DNA from: Nitrospirota bacterium
Lineage (GTDB): Bacteria; Nitrospirota; UBA9217
DNA: 64,000 nt
NCBI GenBank assembly: GCA_963737155.1
Contig: CAVTRN010000002.1
Span: forward strand, 352,001-416,000
Direction of reading: 5' to 3'
Positions within the stretch are counted from its first letter, which is position 1. The number at the start of each line of letters is the position of its first letter. Both the position numbers and the translations under genes were made by a program. The notes below the pieces were generated by a model, which was not told where the DNA came from, did not search any database, and was given only the letters and a program-made list of their open reading frames with translations. This document shows positions 1 to 9,939 of this stretch, piece by piece.

Positions 1-292
1 GCGCAGAGTTAACAATCCGTTTTTAAATTCGAATGCATCCTAGCCATGTACTGCCTACCCGTATTCGTGATGCCAGGGTTGTCTTGTTCCGGGAATCCAG
101 GCTCTGGACGAAACATGTTTAACTTGTCGATTGTGGATTCCGTGAATTGAAAAAAAAGGCGAGAGAACTGATAATCGAATTCTTCCCTGCATATATATTT
201 TCAATAGATGAGAGGCTCATACGTACGATCAACGTGCAAATTAACCATTATTATATATTCCAGACTCAGCGAATGACCTGCTTGGAGCTAGA

Positions 293-316
293 TGCCCCGT
301 CAAAAGAGACGGGGCA
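293..316. terminator. GC-rich hairpin TGCCCCGTC-N6-GACGGGGCA downstream of the minus-strand Cys-rich gene
   Basis: 9-bp perfect inverted repeat about 20 nt past the stop at 335; U-tract is weak. Confidence 0.5.
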
Positions 317-334
317 AATTAATTTAGTCACTTA

Positions 335-598
335 TTAATTATTATCAGGTGTTGGAGATGGTGAAGGTGTTGGAGATGATGAAGGTGCTGGAGGCGGTGG
401 TGGACAATTAGCTAAACACTTCTTCTGATCATTTTGACAATTTGATTGACAAAATTGGTCAAGCGATGGGCATTGATTATTACAGCTCAAATAAGCGCTT
501 TCACAATCTGCCGTGCAATCAGCATGAGAATTTGTGCAAATTATGCCAGACAAGAGCATGAGCGATATATATCCGACCAAAAAATGTATTAACCTCAT
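335..598 (-). CDS. small secreted cysteine-rich protein (4x CX3C, Pro/Ser/Thr tail)
   Basis: AGGAGG RBS before ATG at 598; hydrophobic signal peptide ending SHA; CTADC-X6-CNNQC-X6-CQSNC-X6-CLANC followed by PPPPPAPSSSPTPSPSPTP. Confidence 0.75.
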   Translation of the reverse strand: MRLIHFLVGYISLMLLSGIICTNSHADCTADCESAYLSCNNQCPSLDQFCQSNCQNDQKKCLANCPPPPPAPSSSPTPSPSPTPDNN

Positions 599-840
599 CT
601 TGAGCCTCCTTTGATTTATTCTGTCCCCGAAATTACTATTTTTACGGCTCCTTCCGAAAAAAAGAGTATTCGCGAAAGACGAAAGAGGCTGAAAAAAGAC
701 AGCCCTTGATTTGTTGCCTGGTTTCCCGTTTATATAAACAATCAAGCGATTAGAGGATTTCAAAAGATCTATCTATTATGATGATCATGGTCTGTAGAAT
801 ATTTTTTATCGCATTTTAGCACAGTGCCGGACTGACCTGG

Positions 841-1548
841 TTATCGCAATTTTACTGCGGTATCTGCTGAACTCTGACCCAGGATAGGAGCATAGACATT
901 CGTCCTAACCTTCTGCCATCCTGCCTTACCGAGCACATCATCTACTGCCTGCCGAAATCGTTTGCGGCGACCAGTAAGCGATTGCCTGACCGCAGATCCT
1001 TCTGGTTGAATAATGCCAATCTGAATGTGCACACTGACATCTTTGTTCCACTTCAATCGCTCGTCTTCTCGGTGATCAATGATCAATTGGACGATTTCTT
1101 CAGCCATCGAGTGTATGTCCAACGCGGCCTGCATCGGTCGAACCTGTTTAGAGCCAACGTTTTGGCAACTTGCTGTCCTTGTTTCCATGTTGAGCGTCCA
1201 CATATGACGCCCCTCTCTTGAAGATCCAAGAACTGTTCCTCAATGCCGCACAACAACGAAGGTCAAGACGGGTGGATCCCAGCGAACGTCTTCAACTCGA
1301 TTATGCAATATGTAAGCAGCCATGCCTTCCGATTCGCTGCCAGCAAATTCATTCCAGCAGGCTGCAAGAAGGGACACAATCTTATTTGTGTCTAATATGG
1401 GACCAGTATGTATCGACGCAAGATATTCAAGCAGCTGCTTATGCTTGGCCTCTGTTTCTTTAACTTTAACAGATTTTACCGCCAATGGCAAACTTTCGGC
1501 TTTCTCTGTTACCGTTTCCCCCATTACGTCACTCCTGATATTCCTCAA
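841..1548 (-). pseudogene. hypothetical protein interrupted by one in-frame TGA
   Basis: ORFs 1240-1548 and 841-1203 are in the same frame; reading through TGA (1240-1242) gives VVVRH*GTVLGSSREGRHMWTL with no other stop. Confidence 0.65.
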
Positions 1549-1679
1549 TATCTACACGTAAGGATTCAGCTCTGATATAATATCTCACATCCCAGCAACG
1601 GAGGCGGTTACCTGCCGCGAATTGATTGTCCAAATCCTGCGGGCACTACAAAATTTATCAAGGGTTTCAGATAATATGC

Positions 1680-1951
1680 TGTCCATGTGGTGGGTGCAAT
1701 GGCAGAGTTCGAAAGGTCGCTGTTGGAGGAGAGGGTGAGGGCTGGCGTTGGCCCGGCAGAAGTGCGCACAGATTGAGCGAAAGTCCACAGATGTCGAGTT
1801 TCTTGCTCAAATCATTGATGCACGTGAGAACGACAAGTTGTCGGCAAGAGAGATAGTGAAGAAAGTAAAAATCTCCCGGTCAACAGTTTTGCGAACAATT
1901 ATAAAATATAAGGCAAAAGAGAGGGGAAGGGATGGTCAGATAGTCGGATAG
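1680..1951 (+). pseudogene. serine recombinase/resolvase C-terminal remnant
   Basis: VVGAMAEFERSLLEERVRAG (resolvase helix-E motif) is frameshifted into the HTH-like SAREIVKKVKISRSTVLR; catalytic N-terminus is missing. Confidence 0.75.
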
Positions 1952-2000
1952 CTGCGATCTAAGTTGGCATTACTCACAGTATATCACTCTGCTATTAAAA

Positions 2001-2276
2001 TTAACAATTACCCAGCTGTTCACAGTTATCGAACAATTTTTCGATGTCCTCTTTTCTGGCTTCCACCATATCGACAAAAGTACAAGCAAGAAGAAGCAAA
2101 GACGAGTCAATTAACTTGGTATATTCCCTTTCCGTAATCTGTCTACCTTCTTTTTTAGCCTGTACCACTTCTGGATAAGAATCTGCTACCCATCTAACCA
2201 ATTCATGTATCTTTTGTGATAACATTATTTGGCTAAACATTTTCACCCTCCTAATGATAGCGTAGCGTAACATCAC
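2001..2276 (-). CDS. hypothetical protein
   Basis: 91-aa ORF with protein-like composition; no recognisable motif. Confidence 0.45.
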   Translation of the reverse strand: MMLRYAIIRRVKMFSQIMLSQKIHELVRWVADSYPEVVQAKKEGRQITEREYTKLIDSSLLLLACTFVDMVEARKEDIEKLFDNCEQLGNC

Positions 2277-2673
2277 TTTAATAAATTAACGACTTGTTCA
2301 CAGTGTCCTTCTGAATTAAATATCAATTAAGTATTTTCAGTGATGAAAATACATTTCTCGAAGGTAATCATGCCCCCACTGTGAATATTCTATCGTCACA
2401 ATCATGAAAAACTTTAGAAAAATATGTGTGATTCTGTGGGTATTCCTGCAATTACAGAATGCACCTGATGAATTTCACGAAGATGGAACTTCAACAGTTT
2501 CAAGCCATAGAGTGGAAGCCATATAATAAAATCATGATTCTAACGGTTATCATGTGCACCTCCTATGAGGTATATTGGTGTTTTCGCGCGGATTATAGAG
2601 TCGAATGTGGGGTATTTGGCAAAGGTTCTTTGGAAACAGTCCGATGACTCCTGTACGGATTTCGTTTCTACGC

Positions 2674-2702
2674 TTGACAACTGATTATAAGTTCAGTATG
2701 CT
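2674..2702 (+). promoter_or_regulatory. sigma70-type promoter
   Basis: TTGACA-N17-TATGCT. Confidence 0.5.
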
Positions 2703-3169
2703 TTTTCCACGTGACAGGAAGGCTTCAACTTTTTGAAAAGGACAGAAAATGTAAGACGAATAAAGAACAGTATTTAAATCATCAAGTGAGGGTAAAACAG
2801 AAAGAGGACTGAAGAGAGCTTTGCTGATTATGACAATTATAAAAAGCCTCTTGGAGTGGGGTAAAGAATGTATTTCTGTTTTGCACTGAAAATGGAAAGG
2901 AACCCTGTAAAAGGAGTTCCTTTCTTTTTTCCATCACTTGGAAAACATCAGATGCGTGTCCTTGATAGACTTTATTACCCCCCCCGAAGAGAGAGGTGGG
3001 GCAGATAGCCCAAGCAATATGCAGCGGCAAAACAAGGCAGTGCCCTACTCTTCCACTCGAAATGGGTGACGATATTCGCCACACACAAACAGCAACGAAT
3101 AATAATTAACCGGAATCCTTATTTAATTTACTACTTGCCAAAAACGTAAAAAGGCTATGGGAAACAAAT

Positions 3170-3784
3170 ATGGGTAATGTTGGAAACGGCATATTGAATA
3201 CCATGTCAGCATTTACTTTCTCCTTGGGCGTAGTCGAATGTTTTTTTGGATATAGAATGCTAAAACTAACACTAGGCGTTACTGGCTTTATTGTTGGTGG
3301 TTTGATGTGCGCGGGGCTTGCATACGAAATGACGAAAGGGCATCCTGTGATTGCGTTAATAGCTGGATTAGTTGGCGGAATAGTTGGAAGCTTATTGATG
3401 CTTGGTCTCTTTGTCTTTGGAGTGTTTATCTTAGGCGCAGTTCTTGGAATAATACTATGGGAATTTATTGGTATAGGTTTTATTGGTATGACTCATTTAT
3501 CAATTGTCATTCCGACTGCAATTGTTGGGGGTATTGCAGCGGTAATCATGCGTAAAAATATGATTATTATTTCGACCTCTTTTATAGGCGCGTATTTAAT
3601 CGCATTTTCCATCGGCAGGTTTACAGGGATGCCGAACAAAGTATTCAGATTCCATCAATTTAATGAATTACGAGAATTTGGCAGTCAATTCTTCGTTATG
3701 TCATTGATTTGGATTTTCGCAGGGATTGCCGGAATTATCGTTCAGCATAAATATACGGCAACGTCAGCAGAGGCAGAACGATAG
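3170..3784 (+). CDS. DUF4203/TMEM198-like multi-pass membrane protein
   Basis: CFFGYR motif, Gly-rich TM helices, IISTSFIGAY, terminal GIIVQ. Confidence 0.8.
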   Translation: MGNVGNGILNTMSAFTFSLGVVECFFGYRMLKLTLGVTGFIVGGLMCAGLAYEMTKGHPVIALIAGLVGGIVGSLLMLGLFVFGVFILGAVLGIILWEFIGIGFIGMTHLSIVIPTAIVGGIAAVIMRKNMIIISTSFIGAYLIAFSIGRFTGMPNKVFRFHQFNELREFGSQFFVMSLIWIFAGIAGIIVQHKYTATSAEAER

Positions 3785-4208
3785 GAAGAAACGCAAAGCG
3801 CGGCTGTGGTAAACAGCAACGTATTTGAGACAAATGTTCTTTCCTAGCCTCCATCCGAATCAAGAAGCTGGCTGAATATTTTCAGGCTTGTTGTACTTGA
3901 ACGGATTCAATTTCGGTGCGGCTCAATAAGCTTCGAGTTTATCAGAGGGCGAATCTGCCACATATGGAATATTATAACGCGGAAATCTTTACGTACTAAA
4001 TTACAGGTGCAGCATAATGGTGAGCGTGGGGATGTTCCTGCATTATTGATCTAGCGAGAATGCTAACAGATGTTGGGCAGGAGGGAATCGGCAATACATG
4101 ATAACTTACAGTGTATATTTGAATATCTGGGGAACCTAGTTTATAACCAATTTTATGCTATAATTTGGCATGTAGTTTGTTCACATATAAAAGATGAGGG
4201 GGAAATAA

Positions 4209-4391
4209 ATGATTAAGAATGATGACAAACCCATTTGCGAAGCAGCCAATTATTTCAAGGAAGAAATTCTGGAGATTATGCCGGATATTTCTGTAGACAA
4301 ACTCGCTGACATGGTGTCGCTATACATTTATTATAATTATGGCATTACCAAAGAAGAAGCTAAGAAAGTCATTGAAAAAACCTGTTTGTGA
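4209..4391 (+). CDS. small hypothetical protein
   Basis: GAGGGGG RBS; 60-aa ORF. Confidence 0.55.
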   Translation: MIKNDDKPICEAANYFKEEILEIMPDISVDKLADMVSLYIYYNYGITKEEAKKVIEKTCL

Positions 4392-4519
4392 GTCGCGCTC
4401 ATCCTAAAACCAGAGATCTATATCGTTTCTAACCGCCAGGCATCGATAGTAGACCGGGGGGGAAGCATCGGCGCCGCAACGCTGGCTGCAGCATACTTCA
4501 ATTAAGGAGGATATCGGCT

Positions 4520-4762
4520 ATGCAAAAAAAAGCTCTTGTGGTTCTTGTTGTTGTGCTAATTCTTGGTGGTGTTATTGCTGGGTGGGCTGCGATTAGACAG
4601 CCACACATGATAGCTGCTCTTGACCATTTGAAAGCAGCGAGAATTGAGTTGGAGAAGGCCGAGCATGACAAGGGCGGACACCGTGTAAAAGCCCTTGAGT
4701 TCGTAGATCGGGCCATAGAACAGACTAAAAAAGGCATTGAGGCCGGTGAACATGGATATTAA
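4520..4762 (+). CDS. small secreted helical protein (QPHM...DKGGHR family)
   Basis: AAGGAGG RBS, signal peptide, QPHMxAALxxL and AEHDKGGHRVKA motifs. Confidence 0.8.
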   Translation: MQKKALVVLVVVLILGGVIAGWAAIRQPHMIAALDHLKAARIELEKAEHDKGGHRVKALEFVDRAIEQTKKGIEAGEHGY

Positions 4763-4965
4763 TAGTTTTTTGAAAAACAAAAGTCCAAGAAATCAATCGG
4801 CGCTCTGTGGTCAAGGACTTCACCTTTACTGAACCTGTGGATCAGGCCATAGATCGGACTAAAAGTAGCTATAGTGTTTGGCGAAAGAGGATATCAGCAG
4901 TAGCATATGACATATCGTTTATGAAACCGATTCCTGTTAGCATGTTACGACGGAGCATGGATATC

Positions 4966-4991
4966 AAGGGCTGGGGCTACCCAGCCCTTTT
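4966..4991 (+). terminator. Rho-independent terminator
   Basis: AAGGGCTGGG-GCTA-CCCAGCCCTT followed by T-rich run. Confidence 0.7.
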
Positions 4992-5862
4992 GTTGTAAAA
5001 ATCATTTCTCAGAATGAGTATTCTGGGAACCATTCAAGACATTATTCTTTTCCAGAAAGGCAAGATCACTCATCCGTATTATTTAAAATATGGCAGAATT
5101 CGCTGGAGTGTGGCTGTCCCGGTTCCTGAACAGCCCGCCATAATCCTCTTCGGCACAGACATAGCTAGTTTGGCAAGTCTTGATCTTTTTCTCCAGACGT
5201 TTTATCGGGCAAGTTTCAACAGGGATTGCGTACCTCTATTTATTGGTCGGAGTTGTAAATTTGTAAGCGAATCCCGGAGAACCAGTGCCACAAAGAACAT
5301 AACTAATTCCGCTCGAAATAATTTAGTCAACGCTCCTTCCTATGCAGATCGAAGTTGCTGTTTTGTGACACTTAACGCTTGGATCCGTAATCGACATAAT
5401 TGCAATCCGACGGGATTCCTCAATAATTTCAGGCGGATGCTATATCGCATACCTTCATGCTATAACAGCAATTGTTCTCTCAAAATATCACACCTGAGAT
5501 ATTTTATTTCTAAAGATTTCCACTAAAAAACCGATAAGTACAATGAAATATCATATTCTCGATATAAGGCATAGGCAGGTGTCATGACACGAGGTCGCAC
5601 GGATCAAGAGGTGTTCATAAGTCTGGAAGTCGATCGGCTTTTCCGGACATGGATGTTCCCTGTAAGCATTATCGGTCCACTGCTTTATTTAGCTTTGGTT
5701 TCCTTGCTTATTTCATAACGTCTGAGAATTATAGAACGCTCCTGACATCCCGTGTCATTAATCGCTCCGTTTCTGGCTCGTCTTGGTATCTCGCTGAAAT
5801 TTATGAGAACAGGCATTTCATATACTGGCATACCTTACTTTCGGACATTGCGTTGAGGAGAT

Positions 5863-6621
5863 GTGAAAGGTCAGAAAATGAACGAGTTGCACTCTACAGA
5901 TAAAATTAACCGTTTTACTCTTGTGGTAGTTACTAACAAAGACGACCGGTTCCGCGCGAATATGCTGCTTCAACAGTTCGGTTACAACATCTGTGCCGCT
6001 CAAACAGCGGTGGAAGCGATAACGTACCTGGACGTAGCGCCACCAGCTTGTATTGTCACTGATACGGGCTCTACGGGCCGAGGTCTCCTTTCAAGGATAA
6101 ATAGGAATCCCCGCTTTTCGAATATTCCAAGGATACTTCTTTTGTCTTCGCACAACCGTGAATTGGAAGACCAATCTCAGCGTGGGGAATCTGTTGCATA
6201 TCTCAGAACACCCATAAATATTGATGAATTATATCAGGTCATTCAATCCACCGTCGAAAAGAGCCAGCGCAAGTATGTCAGGATAGACACTACTCTTTGG
6301 GCCAAGCTTAATGACGAGTTTGAAGGACTTGTCACAGTGCTTTCGGAGTACGGAATGTTTGTTCGCACGCTTGATTCACGACCGGTGACCACGCGTCTAT
6401 CGGTGAGTGTCGAGATCATGGGCAGAATCATAAAGCTTGAAGCAGCAATCCTGTGTATTAATGAAGGGCCATTCAAAAAGCCCGGGATGGGAATGAAATT
6501 TGTGAATATCACCCCTGAGGACAGAGCATTTATTAAGGCCTTTATCTTTGAAAAAATCGAGCAACGTATTATCCATCAAAATCTCTGGAAGCCAAAAGGT
6601 TCCGTAGTGGCTCTTAGATAA
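5863..6621 (+). CDS. atypical receiver + PilZ domain protein
   Basis: REC-like N-terminus lacking the acidic DD pocket; RKYVR and LSEYGMFV...GMGMKF PilZ signature. Confidence 0.8.
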   Translation: MKGQKMNELHSTDKINRFTLVVVTNKDDRFRANMLLQQFGYNICAAQTAVEAITYLDVAPPACIVTDTGSTGRGLLSRINRNPRFSNIPRILLLSSHNRELEDQSQRGESVAYLRTPINIDELYQVIQSTVEKSQRKYVRIDTTLWAKLNDEFEGLVTVLSEYGMFVRTLDSRPVTTRLSVSVEIMGRIIKLEAAILCINEGPFKKPGMGMKFVNITPEDRAFIKAFIFEKIEQRIIHQNLWKPKGSVVALR

Positions 6622-7035
6622 GCTTTGAGTATGATCATGTGAATGCACCTCATCATACCTACGGTTATCAATAAGAATTACCCGGAATTTCTAGGAAAAC
6701 TTATTTCTTCACTGAATTAATGAGGAAAAATCAGAGCACCGTTGGGTGGTCAATGAAATCTAATTTTTGCGGGTAACTACATCTACAACTAAAGAACTTA
6801 TAATAAATGCCGACAAGAAGGGCGAGCAACTAAAATTATCCTTGTTTTAAAATTTAGGTTTACCTCAAAAACCGGGCTTTACTTTTTGGTTTTACTTTGC
6901 TTTATGGTCTTCAGAACGGTTGAGAAAACGGAACGTATAAAAAGCGGGACGATCTTGAAACGTAACCTTATTTGCACTATTCGCATTCAACCTTAAATCA
7001 TCTCCGGGGTTTAGTAGCCAAAAAGAAGGTCATGA

Positions 7036-9783
7036 GTGGATTTCATTATATATTTCAAAAGGATCAATTACTTAATACTGAGATTACTTGCCAGGATCCC
7101 ATTCTTGCAAAATACCAACCGCAGTCAGTATCGGCTAAGGTCTTTTGTCTGCGTATCGACTTTCGTCCTTTCGCTTATTAGCTTCAGCCTCGCCATCATC
7201 ATAGCATTTACTGTTTATCAGGGTGTCATCATACATAGGGCCAGAGAAATGTCGCGCTCCGTTTCCCATCAGGCATTTAATACTCTCTATTTACTCATGC
7301 AAAAAGGCTGGACAAAAAAAGAGCTGGATGAACTCCTTGTATCCACAGCCGGGAGAGGAAGTGATACAGAATACCAAGTTACGCTTTATAGAAACGATGG
7401 AACAGAAACCGATAATGATGTAAAAAACGTGTTGCAACGAGGCGTTGTTGTTAATAGTAGCAAGGGTTTTCGGTTAATCGATATCTATCCGGTAGAGGCA
7501 AAAAAGGCTTGTTTGGAGTGTCACCGTAAGGAGAGGCAAGGTAACATATTAGCCGCAGTGAGTGTCCAGCAGGACATAGGACCAACAATTAAAGGCATTA
7601 AAAAGAATTTTATTTTCTATATCTTGCTATTGTCTCCAATTCCCTTCATTTTTACAAGCATCATCGCAAAAACTTTGAATGCCCGGATTATCAAAGCCAC
7701 TGACTTATTTCACCAGAAGATTCAGGATGTCAGCAGCATAGGTGATCTGGCCAATCTCGAAACGCATAGCATTAATTTCGGTTTTGTTGAATTCAACAGC
7801 ATGCTGCTTGAAATAAATAACTTCGTTAAAAGGATCAAGAATGTTGCTGTGGACAAGACTCTCCTTGAACGCGAACTTCACGAACGGAAAACGACGGAAA
7901 AGGCACTCAAGAAAAGTGAAAATATGCTGCAGGCGATTATCGACACTGAGCCAGAATGTGTAAAGCTCCTAGACGCAGATGCAAATCTGCTCATGATGAA
8001 CGAAGCAGGCTTATCAATGATCCAGGCGGATTCACTGGGTCAGGTCAAAGGCAAAAGCGTCCTCCCCCTGGTTACCGAAGAATACCGGAAAGACTTCTTG
8101 GAACTGACAAATAAGGTATTCAAAGGCGAGTCTGGGATTCTGGTGTTTGAGATCGTCGGTATGAGAGGCAGGCATCTGTGGTTGGAGACCCATGCCGTAC
8201 CTTTTCGAAATGAGCATGATGGAATAGTTGCCTTGCTTGGCGTTACACGGGATATTACCGAGAGAAAAAAGGCTGAAAAGGCGCTAGGGGAGAGCGAGGA
8301 ACGTTTCCGCGACTTGGCTGAATCTCTTCCATTAACGATCTTTGAAATGGATCTTCAGGGGCGCATTACATACGTAAACAGGACCGGTCTGGATGTTTTC
8401 GGATATTCGCAGCAAGATGTCGAGGCTGGCGTGAACGTAATGCAAGTGGTGGCTCTAGACGACCGCGAAATGGCACGGGAACTTATTACCCGTCGACTTG
8501 AGGGAGATCGATCTGGATACAGAGAATACAGGGCGCTGCGGAAGGATGGAACCACGTTTCCGATCCGCATCGTTTCGAGCCCTATAGTGCGAGATAACCG
8601 GGCAGTCGGATTACGGGGCATCGTTAGCGATATCTCCGAACACAAGAAGGCGGAAGAGCAGTCTCTTAAGGTTCAGAAACTTGAGTCCATAGGAACCTTG
8701 GCCGGCGGCATTGCTCATGACTTCAACAACCTTTTGCAGGGTGTATTTGGCTATATCTCTCTTGCAAGACTTAATGTAAACGAGCAAACTAAGTGCCTTG
8801 CCGCGCTGGAGCAGGCCGAGAAGGCACTGCACTTATCAGTAACTTTGACAAACCAGCTTTTGACGTTTTCAAAGGGAGGCAAACCGGTAAAAGAACAGAT
8901 TGGTCTTCTGCCGCTAATCGAAAACGCAGCTAAGTTTGCCCTGAGTGGATCAAGCTCGGATTACCGCATCGTTGCCGATGACGGCCTTTGGCAGGTTGAG
9001 GCGGACGGGGGCCAGATTGGGCAAGTGATTCAGAATCTCGTCATCAACGCGGGTCAGTCCATGGCGGAAGGAGGAGTGGTGGAAATAACGGCGAAGAACG
9101 TCCAATCGGTCCTACGCCAGGATTTGCAGAAAGGAAAATATATTGAGATTACCATCAAGGACTGCGGCATTGGTATCCCGGGACATTACCTGTCTAATAT
9201 ATTTGATCCTTACTTCACGACGAAGGAACGAGGTAATGGCCTAGGCCTTGCGACTTCCTATTCCATTGTTAAAAACCATAATGGCCTGATTGATGTGATC
9301 TCTGAGATAGGTAAAGGAAGCATTTTTTATGTCTATCTTCCAGCAGTTGAGGCAAGCCAAAAAGCCGAGCCGTTGCAATCGATGGCAGTAGCGTCATCTG
9401 CTCATGCTTGTAAAATACTTCTTATGGACGATGAGCCCGCTATCCGTGATGTTGGCGGGGAATTGATCCGGGCTTTAGGGCACGAGGTCCAATTCGCGGT
9501 GAATGGTGAGGAGGCTGTTGATAAGTACAAATTGGCGAAGCAACTAGAAAAGTCTTTTGATATCGTTATTCTGGATCTTACGATCAAGGGAGGGATGGGA
9601 GGCGCTGAAACAGTTCGTAAACTGTTGGAAATCGATCCGGGAGTTAAAGTCGTTGTTTCGAGTGGCTACTCTGATGATTCCGTTGCCTCACAACACAAAG
9701 AACAGGGATTCAAGACTTTTCTCAAGAAGCCCTACAGTTTTGATAACCTGCGAGAAACATTGAACAAGGCGCTAATTTCATAA
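7036..9783 (+). CDS. membrane hybrid histidine kinase: c-heme (CXXCH) sensor, 2 PAS, HisKA, HATPase, REC
   Basis: CLECH between two TMs; AGGIAHDFNN H-box; GNGLGLA G-box; C-terminal LMDDE...ILDLTIKGG...KKPY. Confidence 0.93.
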   Translation: MDFIIYFKRINYLILRLLARIPFLQNTNRSQYRLRSFVCVSTFVLSLISFSLAIIIAFTVYQGVIIHRAREMSRSVSHQAFNTLYLLMQKGWTKKELDELLVSTAGRGSDTEYQVTLYRNDGTETDNDVKNVLQRGVVVNSSKGFRLIDIYPVEAKKACLECHRKERQGNILAAVSVQQDIGPTIKGIKKNFIFYILLLSPIPFIFTSIIAKTLNARIIKATDLFHQKIQDVSSIGDLANLETHSINFGFVEFNSMLLEINNFVKRIKNVAVDKTLLERELHERKTTEKALKKSENMLQAIIDTEPECVKLLDADANLLMMNEAGLSMIQADSLGQVKGKSVLPLVTEEYRKDFLELTNKVFKGESGILVFEIVGMRGRHLWLETHAVPFRNEHDGIVALLGVTRDITERKKAEKALGESEERFRDLAESLPLTIFEMDLQGRITYVNRTGLDVFGYSQQDVEAGVNVMQVVALDDREMARELITRRLEGDRSGYREYRALRKDGTTFPIRIVSSPIVRDNRAVGLRGIVSDISEHKKAEEQSLKVQKLESIGTLAGGIAHDFNNLLQGVFGYISLARLNVNEQTKCLAALEQAEKALHLSVTLTNQLLTFSKGGKPVKEQIGLLPLIENAAKFALSGSSSDYRIVADDGLWQVEADGGQIGQVIQNLVINAGQSMAEGGVVEITAKNVQSVLRQDLQKGKYIEITIKDCGIGIPGHYLSNIFDPYFTTKERGNGLGLATSYSIVKNHNGLIDVISEIGKGSIFYVYLPAVEASQKAEPLQSMAVASSAHACKILLMDDEPAIRDVGGELIRALGHEVQFAVNGEEAVDKYKLAKQLEKSFDIVILDLTIKGGMGGAETVRKLLEIDPGVKVVVSSGYSDDSVASQHKEQGFKTFLKKPYSFDNLRETLNKALIS

Positions 9784-9939
9784 TATTTATCAGTCTAATA
9801 GACGGTACACAGTTATTGTCGATAAAATTTCTTCAGGCTTCTTTTTTTTAACAATGCTGAGATACATGTACTAAAAACAATGTTATCCGACAGGCAATTC
9901 ACACACTGACAGAGTGCTTTTGACCGAAAGAGAGGCTAT

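Noticed and set aside
1240-1242. Genome-wide TGA-to-Gly/Trp recoding
   Set aside because: Many clear genes (iorA, hgcA, hgcB, transposase) end at TGA at their expected C-termini
5014-5526. 170-aa plus-strand ORF
   Set aside because: No RBS, motif or protein-like composition; probably spurious or decayed sequence
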